Shown: piece after piece, positions 14,141 to 26,269 of the stretch
Layout of the letters: each line of letters opens with the position of its first letter
Position numbering within the stretch: position 1 is the first letter of the stretch
Origin: Mobula hypostoma
Taxonomy: Eukaryota
NCBI RefSeq assembly: GCF_963921235.1
Contig: NC_086100.1
Location: 202,060,001-202,124,000 of the forward strand
Length of the DNA stretch: 64,000 nt
Reading direction: 5' to 3'
Notes under the pieces: model-generated
Seen by the model: the letters and a program-made list of their open reading frames with translations, nothing else
Databases searched by the model: none
What the model was told of the DNA's origin: nothing
Program-made: the position numbers and the translations under genes

Positions 14141-17100
14141 ACAGCGCGGGAAGGAGATCAACTCCTCCAGCTTGTAAATGACGACGGGCTGAAAAGTATG
14201 TTTGACATAACATCTCTGCCGGCATTCCGGGTCAAAGTCAAGGCTGAATATCCTGAGACAGCCATGAAAGCACTGAAAACGTTGCTTCCAATTCCAACAT
14301 ATCTCTGCAATGAATGTAACGAAAACTAAATTGCGGAATAGACTGGACATAAGGAGCCTCCTTCGAGTATCACTGTCTCCCATCACCCCTCAATAGGACC
14401 GTGTGTTGCCGGGAAACAAGCCCAGGGCTCCCACTGATTCAGCGATATTGGTATGTTGCAATGATTTTATATGTTCATATGAGGAAAATATGTGCTGTGT
14501 GTTTAATATCCAAACGTTACTTAAAATGTTATGATAATATTGACTTATAAGTGACTTATAGAAACATAGAAACATAGAAAATAGGTGCAGGAGTAGGCCA
14601 TTCGGCCCTTCAAGCCTGCACCGCCATTTATTATGATCATGGCTGATCACCCAACTCAGAACCCCGCCCCAGCCTTCCCTCCATACCCCCTGACCCCCGT
14701 AGCCACAAGGGCCATATCGAACTCCCTCTTAAATATAGCCAATGAACTGGCCTCAACTGTTTCCTGTGGCAGAGAATTCCACAGATTCACCACTCTCTGT
14801 GTGAAGAAGTTTTTCCTAATCTCGGTCCAAAAGGCTTCCCCTCTATCCTCAAACTGTGGCCCCTCGTTCTGGACTTCCCCAACATCGGGAACAATCTTCC
14901 TGCATCTAGCCTGTCCAATCTCTTTAGGATCTTATACGTTTCAATCAGATCCCCCCCTCAATCTTCTAAATTCCAACGAGTACAAGCCCAGTTCATCCAG
15001 TCTTTCTTCATATGAAAGTCCTGCCATCCCAGGAATCAATCTGGTGAACCTTCTTTGTACTCCCTCTATGGCAAAGATGTCTTTCCTCAGATTAGGGGAC
15101 CAAAACTGCACACAATACTCCAGGTGTGGTCTCACCAAGGCCTTGTACAACTGCAGTAGTACCTCCCTGCTCCTGTACTCGAATCCTCTCGCTATAAATG
15201 CCAGCAAACCATTCGCCTTTTTCACCGCCTGCTGTACCTGCATGCCCACTTTCAATGACTGGTGTATAATGACACCCAGGTCTCGTTGCACCTCCCCTTT
15301 TCCTAATCGGCCACCATTCAGATAATAATCTGTTTTCCTATTTTTGCCACCAAAGTGGATAACTTCACATTTATCCACATAAAATTGCATCCGCCATGAA
15401 TTTGCCCACTCACCCAACCTATCCAAGTCACCCTGCATCCTCTTAGCAACCTCCTCACTGCTAACACTGCCACCCAGCTTCGTGTCATCCGCAAACTTGG
15501 AGATGCTGCATTTAATTCCCTCATCCAAGTCATTAATATATATTGTAAACAACTTGGGTCCCAGCACAGCCTTGCGGTACCCCACTAGTCACCGCCTGCC
15601 ATTCTGAAAAGGTCCCGTTTATTCCCACTCTTTGCTTCCTGTCTGCCAACCAATTCTCCACCCACACCAATACCTTACCCCCAATACCATGTGCTTTAAG
15701 TTTGCACACTAATCTCCTGTGTGGGACCTTGTCAAAAGCCTTTTGAAAATCCAAATATACCACATCCACTGGTTCTCCCCTATCCACTCTACTAGTTACA
15801 TCATCAAAAAATTCTATGAGATTCGTCAGACATGATTTTCCTTTCACAAATCCATGCTGACTTTGTCCGATGATTTCACCGCTTTCCAAATGTGCTGTTA
15901 TCACATCCTTGATAACTGACTTCAGCAGTTTCCCCACCACCGACGTTAGGCTAACCGGTCTATAATTCCCCGGTTTCTCTCTCCCTCCTTTTTTAAAAAG
16001 TGGGGTTACATTAGCCACCCTCCAATCCTCAGGAACTAGTCCAGAATCTAACGAGTTTTGAAAAATTATTACTAATGCATCCACTATTTCTTGGGCTACT
16101 TCCTTAAGCACTCTAGGATGCAGACCATCTGGCCCTGGGGATTTATCTGCCTTCAAACCCTTCAATTTACCTAACACCACTTCCCTACTAACATGTATTT
16201 CGCTCAGTTCCTCCATCTCACTGGACCCTCCGTCCCTTACTATTTCTGGAAGATTATTTATGTCCTCCTTAGTGAAGGCAGAACCAAAGTAATTATTCAA
16301 TTGGTCTGCCATGTCCTTGCTCCCCATAATCAATTCACCTGTTTCTGTCTGCAGGGGACCTACATTTGTCTTTACCAGTCTTTTCCTTTTTACATATCTA
16401 TAAAAGCTTTTACAGTCCGTTTTTATGTTCCCTGCCAGTTTTCTCTCATACTCTTTTTTCCCCTTCCTAATTAAGCCCTTTGTCCTCCTCTGCTGAACTC
16501 TGAATTTCTCCCAGTCCTCAGGTGAGCCACTTTCTCTGGCTAATTTGTATGCTTCTTCTTTGGAATTGATACTATCCCTAATTTCTCTTGTCAGCCACGG
16601 GTGCACTACCTTCCTTGATTTATTCTTTTGCCAAACTGGGATGAACAATTGTTGTAGTCCATCCATGCAACCTTTAAATGCTTGCCATTGCATATCCACC
16701 GTCAATCCTTTAAGTGTCATTTGCCAGTCTATCTTAGCTAATTCACATCTCATACCTTCAAAGTTACCCCTCTTTAAGTTCAGAACCTTTGTTTCTGAAT
16801 TAACTATGTCACTCTCCATCTTAATGAAGAATTCCACCATATTATGGTCACTCTTACCCAAAGGGCCTCGCACGACAAGATCGCTAATTAACCCTTCCTC
16901 ATTGCTCAAAACCCAGTCCAGAATAGCCTGCTCTCCAGTTGGTTCCTCGACATGTTGGTTCAAAAAACCATCCCGCATACATTCCAAGAAATCCTCTTCC
17001 TCAGCACCTTTACCAATTTGGTTCACCCAATCTACATGTAGATTGAAGTCACCCATTATAACTGCTAACAACAGGAATTCTGCAGATGCTGGAAATTCAA

Positions 17101-17163
17101 GCAACACACATCAAAGTTGCTGGTGAACGCAGCAGGCCAGGCAGCATCTATAGGAAGAGGCGC

Positions 17164-17199
17164 AGTCGACGTTTCAGGCCGAGACCCTTCGTCAGGACT
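17164..17199 (-). ncRNA. Minimal Penelope-type hammerhead ribozyme motif
   Basis: Minus strand: agtc-CTGACGA-agg gtctcgg cct-GAAAC-GTC-gact, giving stem I agtc/gact, conserved core, and palindromic ACGT stem III. Confidence 0.8.
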
Positions 17200-17494
17200 A
17201 ACTGAAGGAAGAGTGAGTAAGGGATTTGAAAGCTGGAGGGGGAGGGGGAGATGCAAAATGATAGGAGAAGACAGGAGGGGGAGGGATAGAGCCGAGAGCT
17301 GGACAGGTGATAGGCAAAAGGGGATACGAGAGGATCATGGGACAGGAGGTCCGGGAAGAAAGACAGGGGGGGGGGGTGACCCAGAGGATGGGCAAGAGGT
17401 ATATTCAGAGGAACAGAGGGAGAAAAAGGAGAGTGAGAGAAAGAATGTGTGCATAAAAATGAGTAACAGCTGGGGTACGAGGGGGAGGTGGGGC

Positions 17495-20400
17495 CTAGCG
17501 GAAGTTAGAGAAGTCGATGTTCATGCCATTAGGTTGGAGGCTACCCAGACGGAATATAAGGTGTTGTTCCTCCAACCTGAGTGTGGCTTCATCTTTACAG
17601 TAGAGGAGGCCGTGGATAGACATGTCAGAATGGGAATGGGATGTGGAATTAAAATGTGTGGCCACTGGGAGATCCTGCTTTCTCTGGCGGACAGAGCGTA
17701 GATGTTCAGCAAAGCGGTCTCCCAGTCTGCGTCGGGTCTCACCAATATATAAAAGGCCACATCGGGAGCACCGGACGCAGTATATCACCCCAGTCGACTC
17801 ACAGGTGAAGTGATGCCTCACCTGGAAGGACTGTTTGGGGCCCTGAATGGTGGTAAGGGAGGAAGTGTAAGGGCATGTGTAGCACTTGTTCCGCTTACAC
17901 GGATAAGTGCCAGGAGGGAGATCAGTGGGGAGGGATGGGGGGGACGAATGGACAAGGGAGTTGTGTAGGGAGCGATCCCTGCGGAATGCAGAGAGAGGGG
18001 GGGAGGGAAAGATGTGCTTAGTGGTGGGATCCCGTTGGAGGTGGCGGAAGTTACGGAGAATAATATGTTGGACCCGGAGGCTGGTGGGGTGGTAGGTGAG
18101 GACCAGGGGAACCCTATTCCTAGTGGGGTGGTGGGAGGATGGAGTGAGAGCAGATGTACGTGAAATGGGGGAGATGCGTTTAAGAGCAGAGTTGATAGTG
18201 GAGGAAGGGAAGCCCCTTTCTTTAAAAAATGAAGACATCTCCCTCGTCCTAGAATGAAAAGCCTCATCCTGAGAGCAGATGCGGCGGAGACGGAGGAATT
18301 GCGAGAAGGGGATGGCGTTTTTGCAAGAGACAGGGTGAGAAGAGGAATAGTCCAGATAGCTGTGAGAGTCAGTAGGCTTATAGTAGACATCAGTGGATAA
18401 GCTGTCTCCAGAGACAGAGACAGAAAGATCTAGAAAGGGGAGGGAGGTGTCGGAAATGGACCAGGTAAACTTGAGGGCAGGGTGAAAGTTGGAGGCAAAG
18501 TTAATAAAGTCAACGAGTTCTGCATGTGTGCAGGAAGCAGCGCCAATGCAGTCGTCAATGTAGTGAAGGAAAAGTGGGGGACAGATACCAGAATAGGCAC
18601 GGAACATAGATTGTTCCACAAACCCAACAAAAAGGCAGGCATAGCTAGGACCCATACGGGTGCCCATAGCTACACCTTTAGTTTGGAGGAAATGGGAGGA
18701 GCAAAAGGAGAAATTATTAAGAGTAAGGACTAATTCCACTAGACGGAGCAGAGTGGTGGTAGAGGGGAACTGATTAGGTCTGGAATCCAAAAAGAAGCGT
18801 AGAGCTTTGAGACCTTCCTGATGGGGGATGGAAGTATATAAGGACTGGACATCCATGGTGAAAATAAAGCGGTGGGGGCCAGGGAACTAAAAATCATCGA
18901 AAAGTTTAAGAGCGTGAGAAGTGTCACGAACATAGGTCGGAAGGGATTGAACAAGGGGTGATAAAACAGTGTCGAGGTATGCAGAAACGAGTTCGGTGGG
19001 GCAGGAGCAAGCTGAGACAATAGGTCGGCCAGGACAGGCAGGTTTGTGGATCTTGGGTAGGAGGTAGAAACGGGAAGTGCGGGGTGTGGGAACTATAAGG
19101 TTGGTAGCAGTGGATGGGAGATCCCCTGAGCGGATAAAGTTGTTGATAGTGTGGGAGACAATGGCCTGGTGCTCCTTAGTGGGGTCACGATCGAGGGGTA
19201 AATAAGAGGAGGTATCCGCGAGTTGTCGCTGTGCCTCGGCAAGGTAGAGGTCAGTACGCCAGACTACAACAGCACCCCCTTTATCAGCGGGTTTAATAAT
19301 AATGTTAGGATTAGTGCGGAGGGAGTGGAGAGCAGAGCGTTCCGAAGGAGTGAGGTTGGAATGGGGACAAGGTGCGGTGAAGTCGAGACGGTTGATGTCC
19401 CGTCGGCAGTTGGCAATAAAGAGATCCAGAGCAGGCAGAAGACCAGAGCGGGGTGTCCATGAAGAAGAGGAGGGTTGAAGACGGGAGAAGGGGTCATCGG
19501 TGGGGGTGGAAGAGTCCTTGCCGAAGAAGTAGGCTCGGAGACGGAGACGGCGGAAGAAAAGTTCCGCATCGTGGCAAACACGGAACTCGCTGAGGTGTGG
19601 GCGAAGGGGGACAAAGGTGAGGCCCTTACTGAGAACAGAGCGTTCTGCCTCCGACAGTTGAAGGTCGGAGGGGATGGTAAAGACCCGGCACGGATGAGAG
19701 CTGGGATCAGAGGGGGGAGGGGGGAGGCTGGGGGTGTCAGTGGAGGGGGGAGGGTTGGGGTGAGAGGAAGATGGAGCCTCTGAGGGCCCAGGAGCTGACG
19801 GTGGGATCTGAGGAAGACGGGGCTGCGGAGTGGTGGTGGGGGAAGGGGAGACGGGAGTCACAACAGCAGCACATAAAGACCCGGCCTGGTGTTCAAGGCT
19901 GGAGTTGCAGTTGGTGGTTGCGTAATCACTTCGAATATGTCCATGGTCGTTGCTGGAGTCCGGGTTTTGAATATGTCCTGAGGTGTTGGAGCCGCCGAGA
20001 TCAATGGCAGGGGCCGCAATTGAAAGTTCATGCCTGCTAGCGTCGGGGCCGGCAGGCTCTGGAGTCCGTAGATGTAAGATCTTGCGATCTTTGCCTAACA
20101 TGACAAAGTCAAAAAAACGGCGATTGCAGGCGTGGATCCGACGGAGGATGAAATAACGGGTAGGACCATTACAGACGGCGAAGAAAGTGTCCCGAAGGTG
20201 TGGAAGGGTCTGGGATAGGGACACCAAGTACCTCCTCATGGCGGAGAGCGTCGCCTTCAGAGCTTGACGGGAGAAGCGGCGAGAGGCAGAGTCAATAAAA
20301 TGTGAGTACCTGGGATCCTCAGAAGGTCCAAATTGAGAGGCTTGGAAACGAATCCTAAAGCCAACTGGAGTAAGTTGGCGACGGAGGCACGTTCCAAGAA

Positions 20401-20545
20401 AGGATACATGGCTGTGATAGCGAGTTTGAGTCAAAGTGTGGTCGAAAAGTTGAAGAGCCGAAGAAATTACAGATGGGGAGCAGTGAGAGATGGTTTCACT
20501 GAACTCCCGTCGAAGAGAGGATCTAAACTTCTTCGGTGTAGGCAT
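17495..20545 (-). pseudogene. Penelope RT/GIY-YIG ORF (~1016 codons) with one in-frame TAG at 18887-18889
   Basis: Motifs KPADKGG, LLPKIHK..PGRPIVS, DVQSLYTSIP, GVAMG, YIDD, GVIYCVRCSRCGLLYIGET. ORFs 18887..20623 and 17495..18856 are in the same frame. Confidence 0.92.
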
Positions 20546-20679
20546 CACCGGAAGAGGCTTCGCAGTAGTGAATTTAAACGCAAACAACAGGAATTCTGCA
20601 GATGCTGGAAATTCAAGCAACACACATCAAAGTTGCTGGTGAACGCAGCAGGCCAGGCAGCATCTATAGTAAGAGGCGC

Positions 20680-20715
20680 AGTCGATGTTTCAGGCCGAGA
20701 CCCTTCGTCAGGACT
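20680..20715 (-). ncRNA. Hammerhead motif, variant copy (GAAACATC)
   Basis: Same motif in the second pseudo-LTR, with a G>A change in the stem III palindrome/cleavage triplet. Confidence 0.65.
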
Positions 20716-22924
20716 AACTGAAGGAAGAGTGAGTAAGGGATTTGAAAGCTGGAGGGGGAGGGTGAGATGCAAAATGATAGGAGAAGACAGGAGGGGGAGG
20801 GATAGAGCCGAGAGCTGGACAGGTGATAGGCAAAAGGGGATACGAGAGGATCATGGGACAGGAGGTCCGGGAAGAAAGACGGGGGCGGGGGTGACCCAGA
20901 GGATGGGCAAGAGGTATATTCAGAGGGACAGAGGGAGAAAAAGGAGAGTGAGAGAAAGAATGTGTGCATAAAAATGAGTAACAGCTGGGGTACGAGGGGG
21001 AGGTGGGGCCTAGCGGAAGTTAGAGAAGTCGATGTTCATGCCATCAGGTTGGAGGCTACCCAGACGGAATATAAGGTGTTGTTTCTCCAACCTGAGTGTG
21101 GCTTCATCTTTACAGTAGAGGAGGCCGTGGATAGACATGTCAGAATGGGAATGGGATGTGGAATTAAAATGTGTGGCCACTGGGAGATCCTGCTTTCTCT
21201 GGCGGACAGAGCGTAGATGTTCAGCAAAGCGGTCTCCCAGTCTGCGTCGGGTCTCACCAATATATAAAAGGCCACATCGGGAGCACCGGACGCAGTATAT
21301 CACCCCAGTCGACTCACAGGTGAAGTGATGCCTCACCTGGAAGGACTGTTTGGGGCCCTGAATGGTGGTAAGGGAGGAAGTGTAAGGGCATGTGTAGCAC
21401 TTGTTCCGCTTACACGGATAAGTGCCAGGAGGGAGATCAGTGGGGAGGGATGGGGGGGACGAATGGACAAGGGAGTTGTGTAGGGAGCGATCCCTGCGGA
21501 ATGCAGAGAGAGGGGGGGAGGGAAAGATGTGCTTAGTGGTGGGATCCCGTTGGAGGTGGCGGAAGTTACGGAGAATAATATGTTGGACCCGGAGGCTGGT
21601 GGGGTGGAAGGTGAGGACCAGGGGAACCCTATTCCTAGTGGGGTGGTGGGAGGATGGAGTGAGAGCAGATGTACGTGAAATGGGGGAGATGCGTTTAAGA
21701 GCAGAGTTGATAGTGGAGGAAGGGAAGAGGAAGATTATAACTGCTGTTCCTTTATTGCACACATTTCTAATTTCCTGTTTAATACCATCTCCGACCTCAC
21801 TACTACTGTTAGGTGGCCTGTACATAACTCCCACCAGCGTCTTCTGCCCCTTAGTGTTACGCAGCTCTACCCATATCGATTCCACATCTTTCCGGCTTAT
21901 GTCCTTCCTTTCTATTGCGTTAATCTCTTCTTTAACCAGCAACGCCACCCCACCTCCCCTTCCTTCATGTCTATCCCTCCTAAATATTGAATATCCCTGA
22001 ACGTTGAGCTCCCATCCCTGGTCACCCTGAAGCCATGTCTCTGTGATCCCGACTATATCATAATCATTAATAACAATCTGCACTTTCAATTCATCCACCT
22101 TATTACGAATGCTCCTTGCATTGACACACAAAGCCTTCAGGCACTCTTTTACAACTTTCTTAGCCCTTATACAATTATGTTGAAAAGTGGCCCTTTTTAA
22201 TGCTTGCCCTGGATTTGTCGGCCTGCCACTTTTACTTTTCTCCTTACTACTTTTTGCTTCTACCCTCACTTTACACCCCTCTGTCTCTCTGCACTGGTTC
22301 CCACCCCCCTGTTGTGAACTAACCTCCTCACGCTTAGCCTCTTTAATTTGATTCCCACCCCCCAACCATTCTAGTTTAAAGTCACCTCAGTAGCCCCCGC
22401 TAATCTCCCTGCCAGGATATTGGTCCCCCTAGGATTCAAGTGTAACCCGTCCTTTTTGTACAGGTCACGCCTGCGCCAAAAGAGGTCCCAATGATCCAAA
22501 AACTTGAATCCCTGCCCCCTGCTCCAATCCCTCAGCCACGCATTATATCCATGCGAGGAAAATATGTGCTATGTTTAATATTAAATTCATTAGATAAATC
22601 CTTTTAGAAACAAAATTGAGTGTATTAGCCACTTATCACCTATATTCCGGTCGTGATTAACACCCCCTCCCCCGAACAGAATCGCCAAAAACGATTTGTA
22701 GAAAAAAAATCGGCACATACACGCATGCCCAAGTCACGCAGGCGCACTGGTGCCCACACATGGCTTCATGGTCATTGTAGTCTTCTTGGGGTAAACATAA
22801 CGTATTTGACTGCTACTCTTATCCGTTGGCAACTCTACCCCACCCACCCCGGCTCAGCCGATCCGCAAGGTCATTGTCAATAATAAACCGGTCCGCGTTG
22901 CAAAAAAGGTTGCGGACCCCTGTC

Positions 22925-23418
22925 ACAAGGCATGCTCCCCAATCCAGGCAACATCATTGTAGAGCTCCTCTGCACCCTTCCTATCATTTCCACATCCTTC
23001 TTGTAGTGAGGCGAACAGAACTGAGCACAGTACTCCAAGTGGGGTCTGACCAGGGTCCTGTATAGCTGTAATATTACCTCTCGACTCCTAAACTCAATTC
23101 CATGATTGATCAAGGCCAATGAACCGTACACCTTCTTAACCACAGAGTCAACCTGCACAGCAGCTTTGAGCGTCCTATGGACTCGAACCCCAAGATCCCT
23201 CTGATCCTCCACACTGCCAAGAGTCTTACCATTAATACTATATTCTGCCATCATATTTGACCTACCAAAATGAACCACCTCACACTTATCTGGATTGAAC
23301 TCCAACTGCCACTTCTCAGCCCAGTTTTGCATCCTATCAATGTCCTGCTGTAACCTCTGACAGCCCTCCACACTATTCGTGACACCCCAACCTTTGTGTC
23401 ATCAGCAAATTTACTAAC
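22925..23418 (-). mobile_element. CR1 RT C-terminal fragment
   Basis: KFADDTKVG, WQLEFNPDKC and LVRPHLEYC motifs. Confidence 0.85.
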
Positions 23419-24455
23419 ATGGATTTGTGAAAGGAAAATCATGTCTGACAAATCTCAGAATTTTTTGAGGATGTAACTAGTAGAGTGGATAGGGGAGAAC
23501 CAGTGGATGTGGTATATTTGGATTTTCAAAAGACTTTTGACAAGGTCCCATACAGGAGATTAGTGTGCAAACTTAAAGCACACAGTATTGGGGGTATGGT
23601 ATTGAAGTGGATAGAGAATTGGTTGGCAGACAGGAAGCAAAGAGTGGGAATAAACGGGAACAACAGGAATTCTGCAGATGCTGGAAATTCAAGCAACACA
23701 CAGCAGACCAGGCAGCATCTCTAGGAAGAGGTACAGTCGACGTTTCAGGCCGAGACCCTTCGTCAGGATTCAATAAACGGGACCTTTTCAGAATGGCCGG
23801 CAGTGACTAGTGGGGTACCACAAGGCTCAGTGCTGGGACCCCAGTTGCTTACAATATATATTAATGACTTAAATGAGGGAATCAAATGCAGCATCTCCAA
23901 GTTTGCGGATGACATGAAGCTGGGCGGCAGTGTTAGCCGTGAGGAGGATGCTAAGAGGATGCAGGGTGACTTGGATAGGTTGGGTGAGTGGGCAAATTCA
24001 TGGCAGATGCAATTTAATGTGGATAAACGTGAGGTTATCCACCTTGGTGGCAAGAACAGGAAAACAGATTATCTGAATGGTGGCCGATTAGGAAAAGGGG
24101 AGGTGCAACGAGACCTGGGTGTCATTGTACACCAGTCATTGAAAGTGGGCATGCAGCTACAGCAGGTGGTGAAAAAGGTGAATGGTATGCTGGCATTCAT
24201 AGCAAGAGGGTTCGAGTACAGGAGCAGGGAGGTACCACTGCAGTTGTACAAGGCCTTGGTGAGACCACACCTGGAGTATTGTGTGCAGTTTTGGTCCTCT
24301 AATCTGAGGAAAGACATCCGTGCCATAGAGGGAGTACAAAGAAGGTTCACCAGATTGATTCCTGGGATGGCAGGACTTTCATATGAAGAAAGACTGGATG
24401 AACTGGGCTTGTACTCGTTGGAATTTAGAAGATTGAGGGGGGGATCTGATTGAAA
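23419..24455 (+). mobile_element. CR1 RT fragment of the same subfamily as 14557-22545, inverted
   Basis: ORF 23803..24453 is nearly identical to the minus-strand ORF 14941..15585. Confidence 0.9.
23660..23771 (-). mobile_element. Short Penelope pseudo-LTR insert with hammerhead core
   Basis: Matches 17067-17198 with an internal deletion; 11-bp TSD aataaacggga at 23649-23659 and 23772-23782. Confidence 0.85.
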
Positions 24456-24457
24456 TA

Positions 24458-25365
24458 TAAGCTGCCTTAATGACTATCGCCCGGTAGCACTCACATTAAA
24501 TGCTTTGAGAGGTTGGTTGTGAATAGAATGAATTCCTGCCTCAGCAAGGGTCTGGACCCATTGCAATTTGCCTACCAGAATAGGTCTTCACACAGCTTTA
24601 GACCACCTCAACAACAGAAGAACCTATGTCAGGACTATAGCTCAGCACTTAATACCATCATTCCCACAATCCTGATAGAGAAGTTGCAGAACCTGGACCT
24701 CTGTACCTCCCTCCGTAATTGAGGGGGGGTGGAGGGGGGGCTACTGCACAGGACCGAAAGAAGCTGCGGAGGGTTGTAAATCCAGTCAGCTCCAGCACAA
24801 TACAGGCCCTTCATGTTAGCCATTTCAGCCCTGGGAAAAAGCCTCCGACTAGCCACACAATCAATGCCTCTCATCATCTTATACACCTCTGACAGGCTGC
24901 ATCACTGTCTGGTATGGAGGGGTGGGTGGGGGGGGGGGGGAGGTGCTACTGCACAGGACCGAAAGAAGCTGCGGAGGGGTGTAAATCCAGTCAGCTCCAT
25001 CTTGGGTACCAGCCTACAAAGTACCCAGGACATCTTCAAGGACTGGTGTCTCAGAAAGGCAGCATCCATTATTAAGGACCTCCAGCATCCAGGGCATGCC
25101 CTTTTCTTACTGTTTACCTTTAGATAGGAGGAACAGAAGCCTGAAGGCACACACTCAGTGATTCAGGAACAGCTTCTTCCCCTCTGCCATCCGATTTCCA
25201 AATGGACACTACCTCACTTTTTTTTAAAATATGCAGTATTTCAACAAATACACTCAAAAACTTCTATAGATGTACCGTGGAGAGCATTCTGACAGGCTGT
25301 CTGGCATTGGGGGAGGGGGGTGAAACTGCACAGAACTGAAAGAAGCTGCAGAGGATTGTAAATTC
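24458..25365 (+). mobile_element. Rex1/Babar LINE fragments, rearranged
   Basis: LNDYRPVALT, LDPLQFAY, KAASIIKD and RNSFFPSAIR-like segments. Confidence 0.75.
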
Positions 25366-25390
25366 AGCCCCAAAGAGACAGGCAACCTAC

Positions 25391-25534
25391 CTTCAGGTCC
25401 AGGTCCAGGTCCATCCCTGAAACTCATGTACCCCAGGAAGGACTCAGGCAGGTCAGATGTGAAGTGGTTTTCCACAGCAACGTTCCTTCTGAGAGGGCCT
25501 GATCCTCCGGGACCAACTCCCCGTGGCACCGGAA
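25391..25534 (-). CDS. Candidate downstream PCED1 exon, copy A (144 nt, phase 1-1)
   Basis: tttgtcttccag acceptor and G|gtagg donor; open frame VPVPRGVGPGGSGPLRRNVAVENHFTSDLPESFLGYMSFRDGPGPGPE; not recognisable as a repeat. Confidence 0.45.
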
Positions 25535-26269
25535 CTGGAAGACAAACCAGCGTGCACTGCGTTAAATACAAGCAGGTAACACAAAACATTTTCAGCCACA
25601 CGTCCAAGCTGCTCATATCCCCCAACAACAATCCTCTCCACAGATCCTTCTGCAGCAGCCACACCGAGGGGAGGTGGAGGGGCTGTTAAAGTGTTGGGAG
25701 GGGGAGGTTAGCAGATGAATCCTCACCCTCACTCCCAGAGTATCCTGGGTGGGAATAGAAACATAGAAAACCTACAGCACAATACAGGCCCTTCATGTTA
25801 GCCATTTCAGCCCTGGGAAAAAGCCTCCGACTAGCCGCACAATCAATACCCCTCATCATCTTATACACCTCTGACAGGCTGCATCACTGTCTGGTATGGA
25901 GGGGTGGGTGGGGTGCTACTGCACAGGACGGAAAGAAGCTGCGGAGGGGTGTAAATCCAGTCAGCTCCATCTTGGGCACTAGCCTACAAAGTACCCAGGA
26001 CATCTTCAAGGACTGGTGTCTCAGAAAGGCAGCATCCATTATTAAGGACCTCCAGCATCCAGGGCATGCCCTTTTCTCACTGTTTATCTTTAGATAGGAG
26101 GTACAGAAGCCTGAAGGCATACACTCAGAGATTCAGGAACAGCTTCTTCCCCTCTGCCATCTAATTCCTAAATGGACATTGAATCTTTGGATACTACCTC
26201 ATTCTTTTTTCAAATATACAGTATTTCAACAAATACACTCAAAAACTTCTTTAGATGTGCTGTGGAGAG

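Larger units (their letters stand above)
17067..21733 (-). mobile_element. Penelope-like element in partial-tandem form with pseudo-LTRs
   Basis: 12-bp TSD attataactgct at 17055-17066 and 21734-21745; ~1.15-kb direct repeats (17067-18212 and 20583-21727); RT plus GIY-YIG ORF; hammerhead motifs in both repeats. Confidence 0.95.
14557..22545 (-). mobile_element. Young CR1 LINE, 5'-truncated within ORF1, split by a Penelope insertion
   Basis: (atagaaac)n tail at ~14557. ORF2 EN starts at 22365 and continues AVIMGDFN after removing 17067-21745; RT in ORFs 15533..17107 and 14941..15585 (KFADD), with one frameshift near 15570. Confidence 0.95.
14141..22922 (+). mobile_element. hAT (Charlie/Buster) 3' portion split by nested CR1 and Penelope (pieces ~14141-14556 and ~22546-22922)
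   Basis: hAT dimerization-domain remnant GLKSMFDITSLPAF..KAEYPE..KALKTLLP..TKTKLRNRLDI..KQAQGSH*; terminal TIR ggttgcggacccctg ending at 22922; shared internal repeat gaggaaaatatgtgct on both sides of the insert. Confidence 0.8.

Noticed and set aside
14633..17126. Long plus-strand ORFs opposite CR1 ORF2
   Set aside because: Antisense shadows of the RT/EN frame.
17495..20623. Penelope as a two-ORF element or a programmed readthrough
   Set aside because: Penelope elements normally encode one ORF; a single nonsense mutation within RT is the simpler explanation.
1..22922. hAT ends at 388 and 22922 forming one composite transposon
   Set aside because: Both ends have their interior to the left, so they are not an inverted pair, and no shared 8-bp TSD was seen.
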